Below are positions 35,711 through 45,142 of a DNA stretch of 62,857 bases, one piece after another. Made by a program: the position numbers and the translations under genes. The notes beneath the pieces were generated by a model, which worked only from the letters and a program-made list of their open reading frames with translations, searched no databases and was not told where the DNA came from. Position 1 is the first letter of the stretch. Each line of letters begins with the position of its first letter. Source of the stretch: a virus (lineage: Duplodnaviria > Caudoviricetes); IMG/VR virus record IMGVR_UViG_3300024308_000007, positions 1 through 62,857 of that record; one strand, 5' to 3'.

Positions 35711-36286
35711 ATGGCAAACAAAGACCTCAAAGAGATCAAGAACGCCGGCCCCGACGAGAAAACGAGGTCGATGATTCATGAGGGGTGTTCAATATCCCAA
35801 CTGGCTGACATCTTCGACCGTGATCGCCGCACGGTGACGAAGTACATTCACGATGCGGGGGTGAAACCTTGTGCGACAAGAAACGGAAATCCCATCTACA
35901 AACTGCGAGACGTCGCTGGCTATCTCTGCGACATCGATCCGGACTTCATCGACCAGCGCATCCGCAACCTGAACCCACAGGATCTTCCGCCGCTGCTGTC
36001 GAAGGAATACTGGAACGGAAAGCGAGCGCGACTGACGTATCTGCGTGAAGAGGGCGACCTGTGGGAGACGTCGCAGATTCAGATGCTGCTGGGCGTGTGG
36101 GTGAAGAACTTCGTCACCGGCGTCCGCCAGGTTCAGGACACCATCGACCGCCGCGAAATCCTGACGGAGACGCAGCGAGAAGCGCTGGTACAGGAGATGG
36201 ACAGCCTGATCAACATGACCCGCGAAACACTGGCCAACGCCATTCAGCGCGCGAAGGATACGGCAGATGAAGACGACCTACTCTAA
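35711..36286 (+). CDS. terminase small subunit (Nu1/DUF1441-like)
   Basis: N-terminal HTH SISQLADIFDRDRRTV; directly upstream of the large subunit. Confidence 0.85.
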   Translation: MANKDLKEIKNAGPDEKTRSMIHEGCSISQLADIFDRDRRTVTKYIHDAGVKPCATRNGNPIYKLRDVAGYLCDIDPDFIDQRIRNLNPQDLPPLLSKEYWNGKRARLTYLREEGDLWETSQIQMLLGVWVKNFVTGVRQVQDTIDRREILTETQREALVQEMDSLINMTRETLANAIQRAKDTADEDDLL

Positions 36287-38345
36287 GGCGTTCGATACGG
36301 TCTATGACGTCTTTCTGGCGGCGGTAGACACCATCCGCGCGCCGGAGCGTATTTCCGTTTCGCAGGCGGCCATGAAATACCGGTACGTGTATCAGCCAGG
36401 TGCATACATCGGTCCGTGGAAGAACTCGGAAACGCCGTACATGGTCGAGCCGATGGACATGTTCACCAGCAGGACGAAGATTGCCATGGCGCTGATGATG
36501 TCGGCGCAGACGGGTAAAACGGACTCCATGATCCTGAACACCACCCTGTACACGACCATCGTCGACCCGATGGACATGATCATCTACAACCCGACGCACA
36601 ACCTGGCGCGCGACTTCTCCATTCGTCGTATCGACCGTCTGATGCTGCATTCGAAGAAAGTCGGCGAACAGCTTTTGAAGGGGCGCGACTCGGACAACGT
36701 GTTCGACAAACACTTCAAAAACGGCACCATCCTGTCGCTGTCGCATCCGGCGCCAGGGGAACTGGCCGGTCGTCCAATCGGCCGAGTTTTGATGACCGAT
36801 TACGACCGCTTCCCGATGGACGTGGGCGGCGAAGGTTCGCCGTTCGACCTCGGCTCAAAGCGTACAACCACCTTCGGTTCCATGGCCATGTGCGTGGCGG
36901 AATCGTCGCCGTCAATGCCGATCATCGACCCGAAGTGGATTGCCCGCAGCCCACACGAAGCGCCGCCGTGCGACGGCATCGCCAACCTGTATAACCGCGG
37001 CGACCGGCGTCTGTGGTTTTGGCCATGCCCGCACTGCGAGGAATATTTCGAAGGTCGCTTCGAACTGCTGACGTGGGACAAGACCAAGCCGACCAACCTG
37101 GAAAAAGCGCGCACCGTTCAGATGATCTGTCCGGAGTGCGGCAGTCTGATCGACTACAAAGAGCGCCGCGAGATGCAGCAGTGGGGCATATGGGTGCCGG
37201 AAGGTATGCGCATCGAAAAAGGCAAACTGGTCGGGGATGTGCCGGACAACCTGATCGCCTCCTACTGGCTGAAAGGCGTGGCCGCAGCGTTCGTGACGTG
37301 GGAAAAGCTGGTGTTCTACTACCTGAACGCCGAGGACGAGTACCAGCGCACGATGTCGGAAGAGGCGTTGAAGAAATTCTGGAATACGGACATGGGGATG
37401 CCGTATCTGCCGAAGTCGATGCGATCGGTCCGGTCGCCGGACAGCATTAAGGCCATGGCCATCTCGCTGCCGGTCAAAACGGTACCGAGCGACGTCCGGT
37501 TCCTTGTGGCCACCGTCGACGTCCAGAAGACAAAATTCGTGGTGCAGGTGTGGGGAATCCGCCCTGGCCAGCCGTTTGATCAGGTGCTGATTGACCGCTT
37601 CGACATCGTGAAAAACCCGATGCGCGTGGACGCCAACGACGAGCCGGAGCCGCTGGACCCTGCTGGCTACCTGGAGGACTGGCACACGCTGACGCGTCAG
37701 GTCATCCGCGCTAAGTATCCACTGGAAGGTGGCGTCGGCGTCATGGGCGTTAAACTGACCCTCTGTGACTCCGGCGGCCGCGCGGGCGTGACAGCCAACG
37801 CGTATAATTACTACCGCCAGTTGAATTCGCCGGACTACCAACTGGGGGCGCGCTTCCTGCTGATTAAAGGGCGCAACACCCCGAACACGCCGCGCGTCGC
37901 GCTGACGTATCCGGACTCCACCCGCAAAGACCGCTACGCCAACGCGCGCGGGGAAATTCCGGTGCTGCTGATCAACACCAACCTGATTAAAGACATGTTC
38001 GACGGGCGCCTCGGCGTGATGACACCAGGCAAAGGCATGGTCGTTCATCCGGACTGGCTGTCCGACGATTACTACCGCGAACTTTGCGTGGAGGTGCGAA
38101 CCCCGAAAGGGTGGGAGAACCCGAACAGCGAACGAAACGAGGCATGGGACTTAGGGTGCTACTGCATCGCCGGTTGCGTCTCGCCGTACATTGGCATCGA
38201 ACATATCCAATGGGACCGGCCGCCGCTGTGGGCGGAAGAGTGGGACAAAAACATCATGGTGGAACTCACAACGGAGAAAGGCGAGATTGTTCGCGCGCCC
38301 GCTTCCCGCTATGATTTCGCTAAATTCGGTTCGGAAATGGCTTAG
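36267..38345 (+). CDS. terminase large subunit (lambda gpA-like)
   Basis: TPYMVEPMD, SAQTGKT, ESSP, GDRR..WPCPHC, TVDVQ, DSGG, RNEAWD. Confidence 0.93.
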   Translation: MKTTYSKAFDTVYDVFLAAVDTIRAPERISVSQAAMKYRYVYQPGAYIGPWKNSETPYMVEPMDMFTSRTKIAMALMMSAQTGKTDSMILNTTLYTTIVDPMDMIIYNPTHNLARDFSIRRIDRLMLHSKKVGEQLLKGRDSDNVFDKHFKNGTILSLSHPAPGELAGRPIGRVLMTDYDRFPMDVGGEGSPFDLGSKRTTTFGSMAMCVAESSPSMPIIDPKWIARSPHEAPPCDGIANLYNRGDRRLWFWPCPHCEEYFEGRFELLTWDKTKPTNLEKARTVQMICPECGSLIDYKERREMQQWGIWVPEGMRIEKGKLVGDVPDNLIASYWLKGVAAAFVTWEKLVFYYLNAEDEYQRTMSEEALKKFWNTDMGMPYLPKSMRSVRSPDSIKAMAISLPVKTVPSDVRFLVATVDVQKTKFVVQVWGIRPGQPFDQVLIDRFDIVKNPMRVDANDEPEPLDPAGYLEDWHTLTRQVIRAKYPLEGGVGVMGVKLTLCDSGGRAGVTANAYNYYRQLNSPDYQLGARFLLIKGRNTPNTPRVALTYPDSTRKDRYANARGEIPVLLINTNLIKDMFDGRLGVMTPGKGMVVHPDWLSDDYYRELCVEVRTPKGWENPNSERNEAWDLGCYCIAGCVSPYIGIEHIQWDRPPLWAEEWDKNIMVELTTEKGEIVRAPASRYDFAKFGSEMA

Positions 38346-38353
38346 GGGGCAAT

Positions 38354-38611
38354 ATGTTTGATTGTGCGGGACTCACCTGCGAAGAACTGCAGGACATGTT
38401 AGCGGAAGCGCGCAAGGCGTATTCGCAACTCGTCTTAGGGGGCGCGGTACGCGTCGTGGTGGACCAGAACGGCGAGCGTGTGGAATTCACCGCAGCTAAC
38501 CGCCAGTCGCTGAGCCAGTACATCCAGACACTTCTGTCCTACATGCGCGAGAACGGCTGCATCTGTACGCCGGCCCCGCAGCAACAGAAAGCGTTCCGCT
38601 TCATCTTCTAA
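38354..38611 (+). CDS. head-tail joining protein (gpW-like)
   Basis: LAEARKAYSQLVLG..V.VV.DQNGERVEFTAAN. Confidence 0.85.
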   Translation: MFDCAGLTCEELQDMLAEARKAYSQLVLGGAVRVVVDQNGERVEFTAANRQSLSQYIQTLLSYMRENGCICTPAPQQQKAFRFIF

Positions 38612-38621
38612 GGGGAAGAAT

Positions 38622-40271
38622 GTGAAAAAATTATCTCTCGCCGAGTCGAACGCGATGGTGCCGATGGCGCTGGGCGGCGGTGGCCTGGAGGGTGCCAAAA
38701 TCATGTCGCGTGAAATGGCGCGCTGGCAACCCTACGGCGGATCGCCGGACACGCTGATTAACGGCGCTAAGAAAATCACGGACGACCGCAGCCGCGACGC
38801 CATGATGAACGACGGCTACCTGTCAGGGGTGCTTCACTCCACCCGCGACAGTATCGTCGGTTCCAGCTACATGCTTATCGCGCAGCCAAACATCGACGTG
38901 CTGAAAACCATCGACCCCCGTTTCGACGACGTGTGGGAAGAAGAGTTCTCCATGGCCGTCGAAGGGCGATTCAACCTGATTGCCGAGTCCCGCGCCAACT
39001 TCCTGGACGCCACCCGCCGCGATAACCTTACCGGCCTGGTGCGCCTCGGTCTGGCGTCTCACGTCTATTCCGGCGAGATCCTTTTCTCGTCTGAATGGAT
39101 TCGTGAAAACGACCGGCCGTTCAATACCGCCGTGCAGCTAATCGCCCCCGACCGCCTCTGCAACCCGGATAACGGGCCGGATCAGCTACGCCTGCGCGCC
39201 GGTGTCGAACTGAATATGTGGGAGCGACCGATCGCATACCACATCCGCAACGGCTATATGGGCGACCCGTACAGCACGGTGCCGCAGGTGTCATGGCAGC
39301 GCGTAGAAGCAGAGAAGCCGTGGGGCAGGAAGATGATCGTCCACATCTGCGAACGTGACCTGCCTGGCCAGACTCGCGGTCTGTCGGAAATGGTGGCGGC
39401 GCTGAAACAGATGCGCATGACCCGCCGCTTCCAGGACATCACGCTGCAGAACGCCGTCATTAAGGCGAGCTACGCGGCCACCATGGAATCCGAACTGCCG
39501 ATGGAAATGCTGGCTGGCGCCATGGGCGGTAATTCGATCGGCATGGAAGAGTACCTGGGAACCTTCATGTCGCGCCTGCAGGAGTACATGGGCGGGGCGA
39601 ACAACCTGACGATCGACGGCGCCAGCATTCCGGTGCTGTTCCCGAACACGAAACTGAACATGCAGCAACTGGGGACACCAGGCGGTGTCGGTACCGAGTT
39701 CGAAATCTCCCTGATTCGCCACATCGCGGCGTCGCTCGGCTATTCGTATGAAGAGTTCGCCCGCGACTTCTCGAAGACGAACTACTCGTCTGCCCGCGCT
39801 GCGATGAACCTGACGCACAAGCGTATGCAGGCGAAGAAGAAGACCATCGCAGACCGTCAGGCGTCGGAGATTTACGACCTGTGGTTCGAAGAGGACTGGA
39901 ACGCTGGCAACCTGCCGATGCCGGTGGGAATGAAGACGTCGATCCTGTATGCTCCGCTCGTTAAGCAGGCGCTGACCGGTTGCCTTTGGATTGGTGCCGG
40001 ACGTGGCCAGATTGACGAGGTCAAAGAGACGCAGGCGGCTATTATGCGTATCGGCGCTGGCCTGTCGACCTACGACAAAGAGGCGGCGAACCTCGGCATG
40101 TACTTCAAAGATGTCGTGCGCGCCCGCCAGAAAGAAGAGAAGATGATTAAAGCCGCCGGTCTGACGTTCACCAACGATGCGACGAAGCCGAACACCAACG
40201 ACCGTCAGCAGACAATGACCGACAACAACGATACCCAGGACCGGGAGGAAAATGCAGATGCCGCAAGTTAA
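38622..40271 (+). CDS. portal protein (lambda gpB-like)
   Basis: RSRD...ND, GQTRG, DFSKTNYSSARA, IDEVKE. Confidence 0.92.
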   Translation: MKKLSLAESNAMVPMALGGGGLEGAKIMSREMARWQPYGGSPDTLINGAKKITDDRSRDAMMNDGYLSGVLHSTRDSIVGSSYMLIAQPNIDVLKTIDPRFDDVWEEEFSMAVEGRFNLIAESRANFLDATRRDNLTGLVRLGLASHVYSGEILFSSEWIRENDRPFNTAVQLIAPDRLCNPDNGPDQLRLRAGVELNMWERPIAYHIRNGYMGDPYSTVPQVSWQRVEAEKPWGRKMIVHICERDLPGQTRGLSEMVAALKQMRMTRRFQDITLQNAVIKASYAATMESELPMEMLAGAMGGNSIGMEEYLGTFMSRLQEYMGGANNLTIDGASIPVLFPNTKLNMQQLGTPGGVGTEFEISLIRHIAASLGYSYEEFARDFSKTNYSSARAAMNLTHKRMQAKKKTIADRQASEIYDLWFEEDWNAGNLPMPVGMKTSILYAPLVKQALTGCLWIGAGRGQIDEVKETQAAIMRIGAGLSTYDKEAANLGMYFKDVVRARQKEEKMIKAAGLTFTNDATKPNTNDRQQTMTDNNDTQDREENADAAS

Positions 40272-41601
40272 CACTACCGTGGCTCAGGCCGTGGCCAGAC
40301 GCCTCAGTCTGCAGCCGCTGCTGACCACACCAGAAGCCGCCATTGATGCTGACATGGCGCGCTTCCTGGCCATGTCTCCGGAAGAACGCGCCGAAGAAGA
40401 ATCGCTGTACGCAACGTGGAAGTGCGAAGTCGTCGCGTCGTTCGGGATGCAACCGAGCGCGAACGATAAGCCGTATGCCTATGCCAACGGCGTGGCGGTG
40501 ATCCCGATTCACGGTATGCTGATTAACCGCTTCGGCGGGTCATGGGGGTGGGTAACCGGCTACCAGTACATCTCCCGCATGACCATGGCCGCAGATGCCG
40601 ATCCTGATGTTCAGCTTATTGTGTACGACGTGAATTCCGGCGGCGGCGAAGTTTCCGGCTGCGCAGAAGCGGGCGCGATCATCGCGGCTACTGAAACGCC
40701 AACAATGGCCGTAATCGACTCGCGCTGCTACTCTGCTGCGTACTGGCTGTCGTCTCAGGTTGACCGTTTAGTGTCGACGCCGAGTGGCGGGGCCGGCTCA
40801 GTCGGTGCGATGACGATGCACATCGACGTGTCCGAGATGATGGAATCCATCGGGATGAAAGTCACCCTGATGTATGCCGGTAAACACAAGGTCGATGGCA
40901 ACCCGTATGAAAAACTCGGTGCCGAGGTCAAAGAAAAGACCGAAGCACGTCTGGAAGAGATTCGACAGGATTTCGCTGAAACCGTTGCAGAAGGTCGCGG
41001 TATCACCTTAGAATCTGTCCTGGCTACCGAGGCGGATTGCTACACGGCCGAACAAGCGGTAGATTTAAAACTGATTGATGCGATTAGCGATCCATCGGCC
41101 GCGATTCTCACCGCGATGACGCGCCTGGCAGATGGCGAAGACCCCTTCGACGAAACTGATGACGAGGAAGACGATATGTCTACTGCAGCAAAGACCACTA
41201 CCAACCAACCGAAAGCCGAAGTCGAGCAGCCGCAGGTTGACGAAAAACAGATTGAAGCGAATTCCCGCGCGCGCATGAAAGCCATCAACACCCATGCGAA
41301 CGCTACCGCTCAGGCTGACCTGGCGTCCTTCCTAGCGTATGACACGGAACTGTCCGCTGACATGTGCTGCGCTATTCTGGATAAAGTGAAAGCCGCTCCG
41401 GCGCCGACCGAGCAGCCGAAAGCTGAAACTGATCCGGAGAAAAACGGCACCAAGGCCGAAAACGACGGTGAAAACACTTTCGCCAAGGCCATGGACGAAA
41501 CCGCGAATCCTAACCTCAAGCCGAACCAGACGGAAAACAAAGCCGAAGGTGACCGGCTTGACAACATTCTGTCGCTGATCCCGGACGACATGAAAAACTA
41601 A
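40252..41601 (+). CDS. prohead protease (S49, gpC-like) with C-terminal scaffold
   Basis: VNSGGGEVSG, YSAAYWL, GSVG, AGKHKVDGNPY. Confidence 0.9.
   Translation: MQMPQVNTTVAQAVARRLSLQPLLTTPEAAIDADMARFLAMSPEERAEEESLYATWKCEVVASFGMQPSANDKPYAYANGVAVIPIHGMLINRFGGSWGWVTGYQYISRMTMAADADPDVQLIVYDVNSGGGEVSGCAEAGAIIAATETPTMAVIDSRCYSAAYWLSSQVDRLVSTPSGGAGSVGAMTMHIDVSEMMESIGMKVTLMYAGKHKVDGNPYEKLGAEVKEKTEARLEEIRQDFAETVAEGRGITLESVLATEADCYTAEQAVDLKLIDAISDPSAAILTAMTRLADGEDPFDETDDEEDDMSTAAKTTTNQPKAEVEQPQVDEKQIEANSRARMKAINTHANATAQADLASFLAYDTELSADMCCAILDKVKAAPAPTEQPKAETDPEKNGTKAENDGENTFAKAMDETANPNLKPNQTENKAEGDRLDNILSLIPDDMKN
41176..41601 (+). CDS. putative nested scaffolding protein (Nu3-like)
   Basis: In-frame ATG after GAGGA within the protease gene. 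Confidence 0.55.
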   Translation: MSTAAKTTTNQPKAEVEQPQVDEKQIEANSRARMKAINTHANATAQADLASFLAYDTELSADMCCAILDKVKAAPAPTEQPKAETDPEKNGTKAENDGENTFAKAMDETANPNLKPNQTENKAEGDRLDNILSLIPDDMKN

Positions 41602-41630
41602 CCCATCGGTCAAACTGACGGAGATTAAAA

Positions 41631-42038
41631 ATGGCACAAGCAATTTACGAACCGGATGATCTGGCCGGTAACTCAAACTGGGACGGCGTCAAACCACAAC
41701 AACTGTGGGCGGGCGAATACCCGAAACACACCTCCAGCGGTAAAGCGGGCGGCGCGTCTTCCGTGACTTACGCGAAATATGAAGTGGTCGCGTATGATGC
41801 AGCAACCGACACGTACATCAAGTACGACCCGACGGCTGCAGCAGGCGAAGCAGCAGCGACGCCGGTCGGCTTTACCTGTCAGCCTACCGTTGGCGGCGGC
41901 AGCATTCAGGTTTATGATTCTGGTGCGCCTAACCACGAAGCGCTGGTGTGGCCAGCCAGCATTGACACCCTGGCCAAACGTAAAGCGGCTTTCGCTTACG
42001 CAGGATCTAACATTTTCGTGGCGCGTCTGTTAGGCTAA
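41631..42038 (+). CDS. head decoration protein (gpD-like)
   Basis: SG.PNHEALVWP motif; lies between protease and capsid genes. Confidence 0.8.
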   Translation: MAQAIYEPDDLAGNSNWDGVKPQQLWAGEYPKHTSSGKAGGASSVTYAKYEVVAYDAATDTYIKYDPTAAAGEAAATPVGFTCQPTVGGGSIQVYDSGAPNHEALVWPASIDTLAKRKAAFAYAGSNIFVARLLG

Positions 42039-42106
42039 CGCCATCATAAACATGGACGCCCGATAATCGGGCGTTTACCGATTATCGGGTAAGAGGGGAA
42101 TTCAGA

Positions 42107-43177
42107 ATGTCCGATCAAGTCGTCAACCCTTGGGATACGCAGACCGCGGGCGGCGTTATTCGTAAAATCAAAGTCCCGTTCTCATTGTTCCTGGGCTTCT
42201 ATGGCCGTTCGATCTATTTCGAAACGGACAAGATTTTCTTCGAACGCGTGAACACCAACTACCGCCGCGTTGCGCCGTTCGTCGCTCCGAACGTGCAAGG
42301 CTGGATCAACCGTCGTGAAGGTTACACTGCCGATTCCCTGGCTCCTGCGTACATCAAGGAGAAAGACGAAGTCGACATCAATGCCCCGCTGATGCGTCTG
42401 CCTGGCGAAACGATGGTGTCCGGCAGCTACACCAACCAGCAGCGTCACGACATCATCGTGGCCGATCTGGCGGCGCAGCAGAAGCAACGCATCTACAACC
42501 GTTTCGAATGGATGGCCTGCCAGGCGGCGAAGAACGCGGAAGTCACCATCTCCGGTGAGAAGTATCCGGCGCGTACCGTGACCTTCCCGCGTAACCATGG
42601 CCTGACTATGGTATCCAACTGGACGGCAACCGGCGCTGACCCGATGGGCGACATTAGCGCGCTGCGTCGTATCGCCAACACCGAATCCGGCGCCCGCATT
42701 GTGGACGTCTACTTCGGCCGCGACGCGTACCAGGCGTACTTCAATGCGCACAAAGAACTGCTGGTCGGCCAGAACGGCCTGATGGACCGTAACATGGGCG
42801 GCTCGGAAACGCAGATCACCCGTCTGCTGGACCAGTTCGAAGGTCTGGAATACGTGGGTCGCGTGTCCGGCCTGAACGGCGCTGGCGAAATCCGCATCTG
42901 GATTTACGAAGCGACCTACCTGGACGCAGAAACCAACGCGCAGGAATACTTCCTGGAGCCGACCGAAGTCTTCGGTATCGCGCCGAGCGTCTTTGCCGGT
43001 GTGCGTTGCTTCGGTGCAATCAAGGATGGCCGCGCTGGCTGGAAAGCGATGGAAATCTTCTCTAAAAACTGGGTGTCTCAGGAAGACCCGTGGGAAGAGT
43101 TCTTCATGTCGCAGTCCGCTCCGCTGATGGTTCCTGGCGATGCGAACGCAACCTTCTTGATTAAGACTGGCGCCTGA
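42107..43177 (+). CDS. major capsid protein (gpE-like)
   Basis: VAPFVAP, PAYIK, EWMACQA, QSAPL. Confidence 0.92.
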   Translation: MSDQVVNPWDTQTAGGVIRKIKVPFSLFLGFYGRSIYFETDKIFFERVNTNYRRVAPFVAPNVQGWINRREGYTADSLAPAYIKEKDEVDINAPLMRLPGETMVSGSYTNQQRHDIIVADLAAQQKQRIYNRFEWMACQAAKNAEVTISGEKYPARTVTFPRNHGLTMVSNWTATGADPMGDISALRRIANTESGARIVDVYFGRDAYQAYFNAHKELLVGQNGLMDRNMGGSETQITRLLDQFEGLEYVGRVSGLNGAGEIRIWIYEATYLDAETNAQEYFLEPTEVFGIAPSVFAGVRCFGAIKDGRAGWKAMEIFSKNWVSQEDPWEEFFMSQSAPLMVPGDANATFLIKTGA

Positions 43178-43215
43178 TCATAATATGGGGTCTGCCAGAC
43201 CTTAACGACTAAACT

Positions 43216-43243
43216 AAAAGGGCGGCCGATGTGCCGCCTTTTC
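43216..43243 (+). terminator. intrinsic terminator
   Basis: AAAAGGGCGGC...GCCGCCTTTT after the capsid gene. Confidence 0.65.
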
Positions 43244-43263
43244 ATTCACTTGAGGACACTACT

Positions 43264-43644
43264 ATGCCGCAACGTATCACGAACATCTCAGTTACCGTTT
43301 ACCGTGATGGTAAAGTTCAGCGCCTGCAGCCGAACACCAAGTTCGACTTTACTGCAGACGAAGTCGACCAGATTAACCGCGCTCACAACGGCGCGCTGCG
43401 CAAAGTTAACAGCGAAGCGGACGACATTCTGGATCTGACCAAGGCCGACGTATCCAAGCAGAAAGCGTCTGCCGGGGCGAACGGTGGCGACCACACCAAC
43501 GACAGCAATCCGAAGAAAGAGACTGCTGACACCACCAACAAGACGCTGACCGCCGCGCAGAAGAAAGCGCAGGACGCGAAAGCAGAGAAAGCCAAACTGG
43601 CCGACGAGCAGAAATCCTCTGACGGCGAAGAAGGCGATCTGTAA
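43264..43644 (+). CDS. hypothetical head-associated protein (gpFI position)
   Basis: GAGG RBS; synteny. Confidence 0.55.
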   Translation: MPQRITNISVTVYRDGKVQRLQPNTKFDFTADEVDQINRAHNGALRKVNSEADDILDLTKADVSKQKASAGANGGDHTNDSNPKKETADTTNKTLTAAQKKAQDAKAEKAKLADEQKSSDGEEGDL

Positions 43645-43994
43645 TGGCCAAGGGCTTCGACTGGCAATCGGTCAAAGCCCGCACCCGCCGAGTGGTGCAT
43701 AACACATTCGGCGGGGACGCGAAGTACATGGATTCCACGCAGCCGGAGATAGCGTTAACTGTCCGGTGGCACAATAAAATCCAAGTAGGCGGCGACCTGG
43801 AAAGCGGCGGGTACGCTGAAACTATCGAAGGTATCGAACGCGTTATTTTCGACAGGGAAGAACTCATGGCCAAGGGCGTCACCCTGCGCAATAACGGCAC
43901 GGTGATTATGGCAGACGGTACCGTCCTTACGCTCGGCACCCAGGAACCAATCGTTGGTCCTATCGAAGTAATCTGGCAGGTAGCGCGGGGGTAA
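43644..43994 (+). CDS. head-tail joining protein (gpFII-like)
   Basis: 116 aa, beta-rich; synteny. Confidence 0.6.
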   Translation: MAKGFDWQSVKARTRRVVHNTFGGDAKYMDSTQPEIALTVRWHNKIQVGGDLESGGYAETIEGIERVIFDREELMAKGVTLRNNGTVIMADGTVLTLGTQEPIVGPIEVIWQVARG

Positions 43995-43995
43995 C

Positions 43996-44616
43996 ATGCA
44001 ACCGATCATCGACGTCGCCGCGCTGGACAGCCTGCGAGACTACTTCAACCGATTCCCTGACCTCTCCAAAGTAGCCATGCGCATTGCCATTAACGACACC
44101 GTGAAAGGCAAAGGCATGGCGCTTATCCGTAACCAGATGACCGACCAGATAAACTTCAACAGAAGCTATCTGACCGGCGACCGCCTCGGCGTCGCAAAGC
44201 TGGCCACCAACGAAAACCCCGAAGCCATCATTCGCGCCCGCGACCGTGCCACCAGCCTGGCGCGTTTTGCCACCAGCACGACAGTCGGCAAAAAGGCGGA
44301 ATCAGGGGTGACAGTCCGCGTGAAGAAGGGGAAGACCACTTTCATCAAACGCGGCTGGCTGGTGAGGCTGAATAAGGGCGCGTCTAAGTCCGAAGACCAC
44401 TACAACCTCGGACTGGCCGTTCGCCTCGGCCCTGGCGAAAAACTGAGTAACAAAAAATCCACCCACCAGTCATGGCTGGTGAAAGGTTCCGTCGCGCTGC
44501 TGTATGGCCCCTCCGTCGCTCAGGTGTTCAACGACACCCGCAACGAGGTGATCCAGCCAATCGGCGGCCTGGTCGAAGCGGAATTCCTGAGACAACTTTC
44601 GAGGCTAATTGAATGA
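43996..44616 (+). CDS. neck/tail completion protein (gpZ-like)
   Basis: Basic; RIAINDT, LYGPSV.QVF. Confidence 0.7.
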   Translation: MQPIIDVAALDSLRDYFNRFPDLSKVAMRIAINDTVKGKGMALIRNQMTDQINFNRSYLTGDRLGVAKLATNENPEAIIRARDRATSLARFATSTTVGKKAESGVTVRVKKGKTTFIKRGWLVRLNKGASKSEDHYNLGLAVRLGPGEKLSNKKSTHQSWLVKGSVALLYGPSVAQVFNDTRNEVIQPIGGLVEAEFLRQLSRLIE

Positions 44617-45119
44617 GCGCTCTGATTAAATTGCAAATCCAGCAAAAATTAACGACAATCCTCAACGAAATCACCGTGGCGAACGGCTTTAACACCGACA
44701 ACAAGGGAACGTGGCGGGGCCGGTCGCAGTTCGGGCAGGAAACAGACATTCCCTTCCTGGCTTTGCTGGAGTCCCCGCGATCCGATATTTCGGACTGGGC
44801 GACAGAAGACAACACGGTGAGCAAGGATGCCTGGACGCTGCTGGTGCAGGGCTTCGTATCCGCCAACGGTCAGGAACACCCGACCGATGCCGCGTACATC
44901 TTCCTGCATGATGTCGAAACGCAGCTTGGCAAAATTACCGCGACGCGCTCTAATGGCATGGGTGGCGGGCAGTATCCCGAATACTTCATGCTGAACGGGA
45001 TGATCACCAAGCTGGAACTGGAACCGGCGGTCGTGCGCCCTGGCGGGGATGATGTTTCGCCGATGGCGTATTTTTATCAGCCGGTCCGGCTTACACTAGT
45101 TCGTGACCTTAAATGTTGA
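44613..45119 (+). CDS. tail terminator protein (gpU-like)
   Basis: ITVANGF.TD...RGR; precedes the major tail gene. Confidence 0.65.
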   Translation: MSALIKLQIQQKLTTILNEITVANGFNTDNKGTWRGRSQFGQETDIPFLALLESPRSDISDWATEDNTVSKDAWTLLVQGFVSANGQEHPTDAAYIFLHDVETQLGKITATRSNGMGGGQYPEYFMLNGMITKLELEPAVVRPGGDDVSPMAYFYQPVRLTLVRDLKC

Positions 45120-45142
45120 TCAACAAATAAAGGGGGGTCGAA

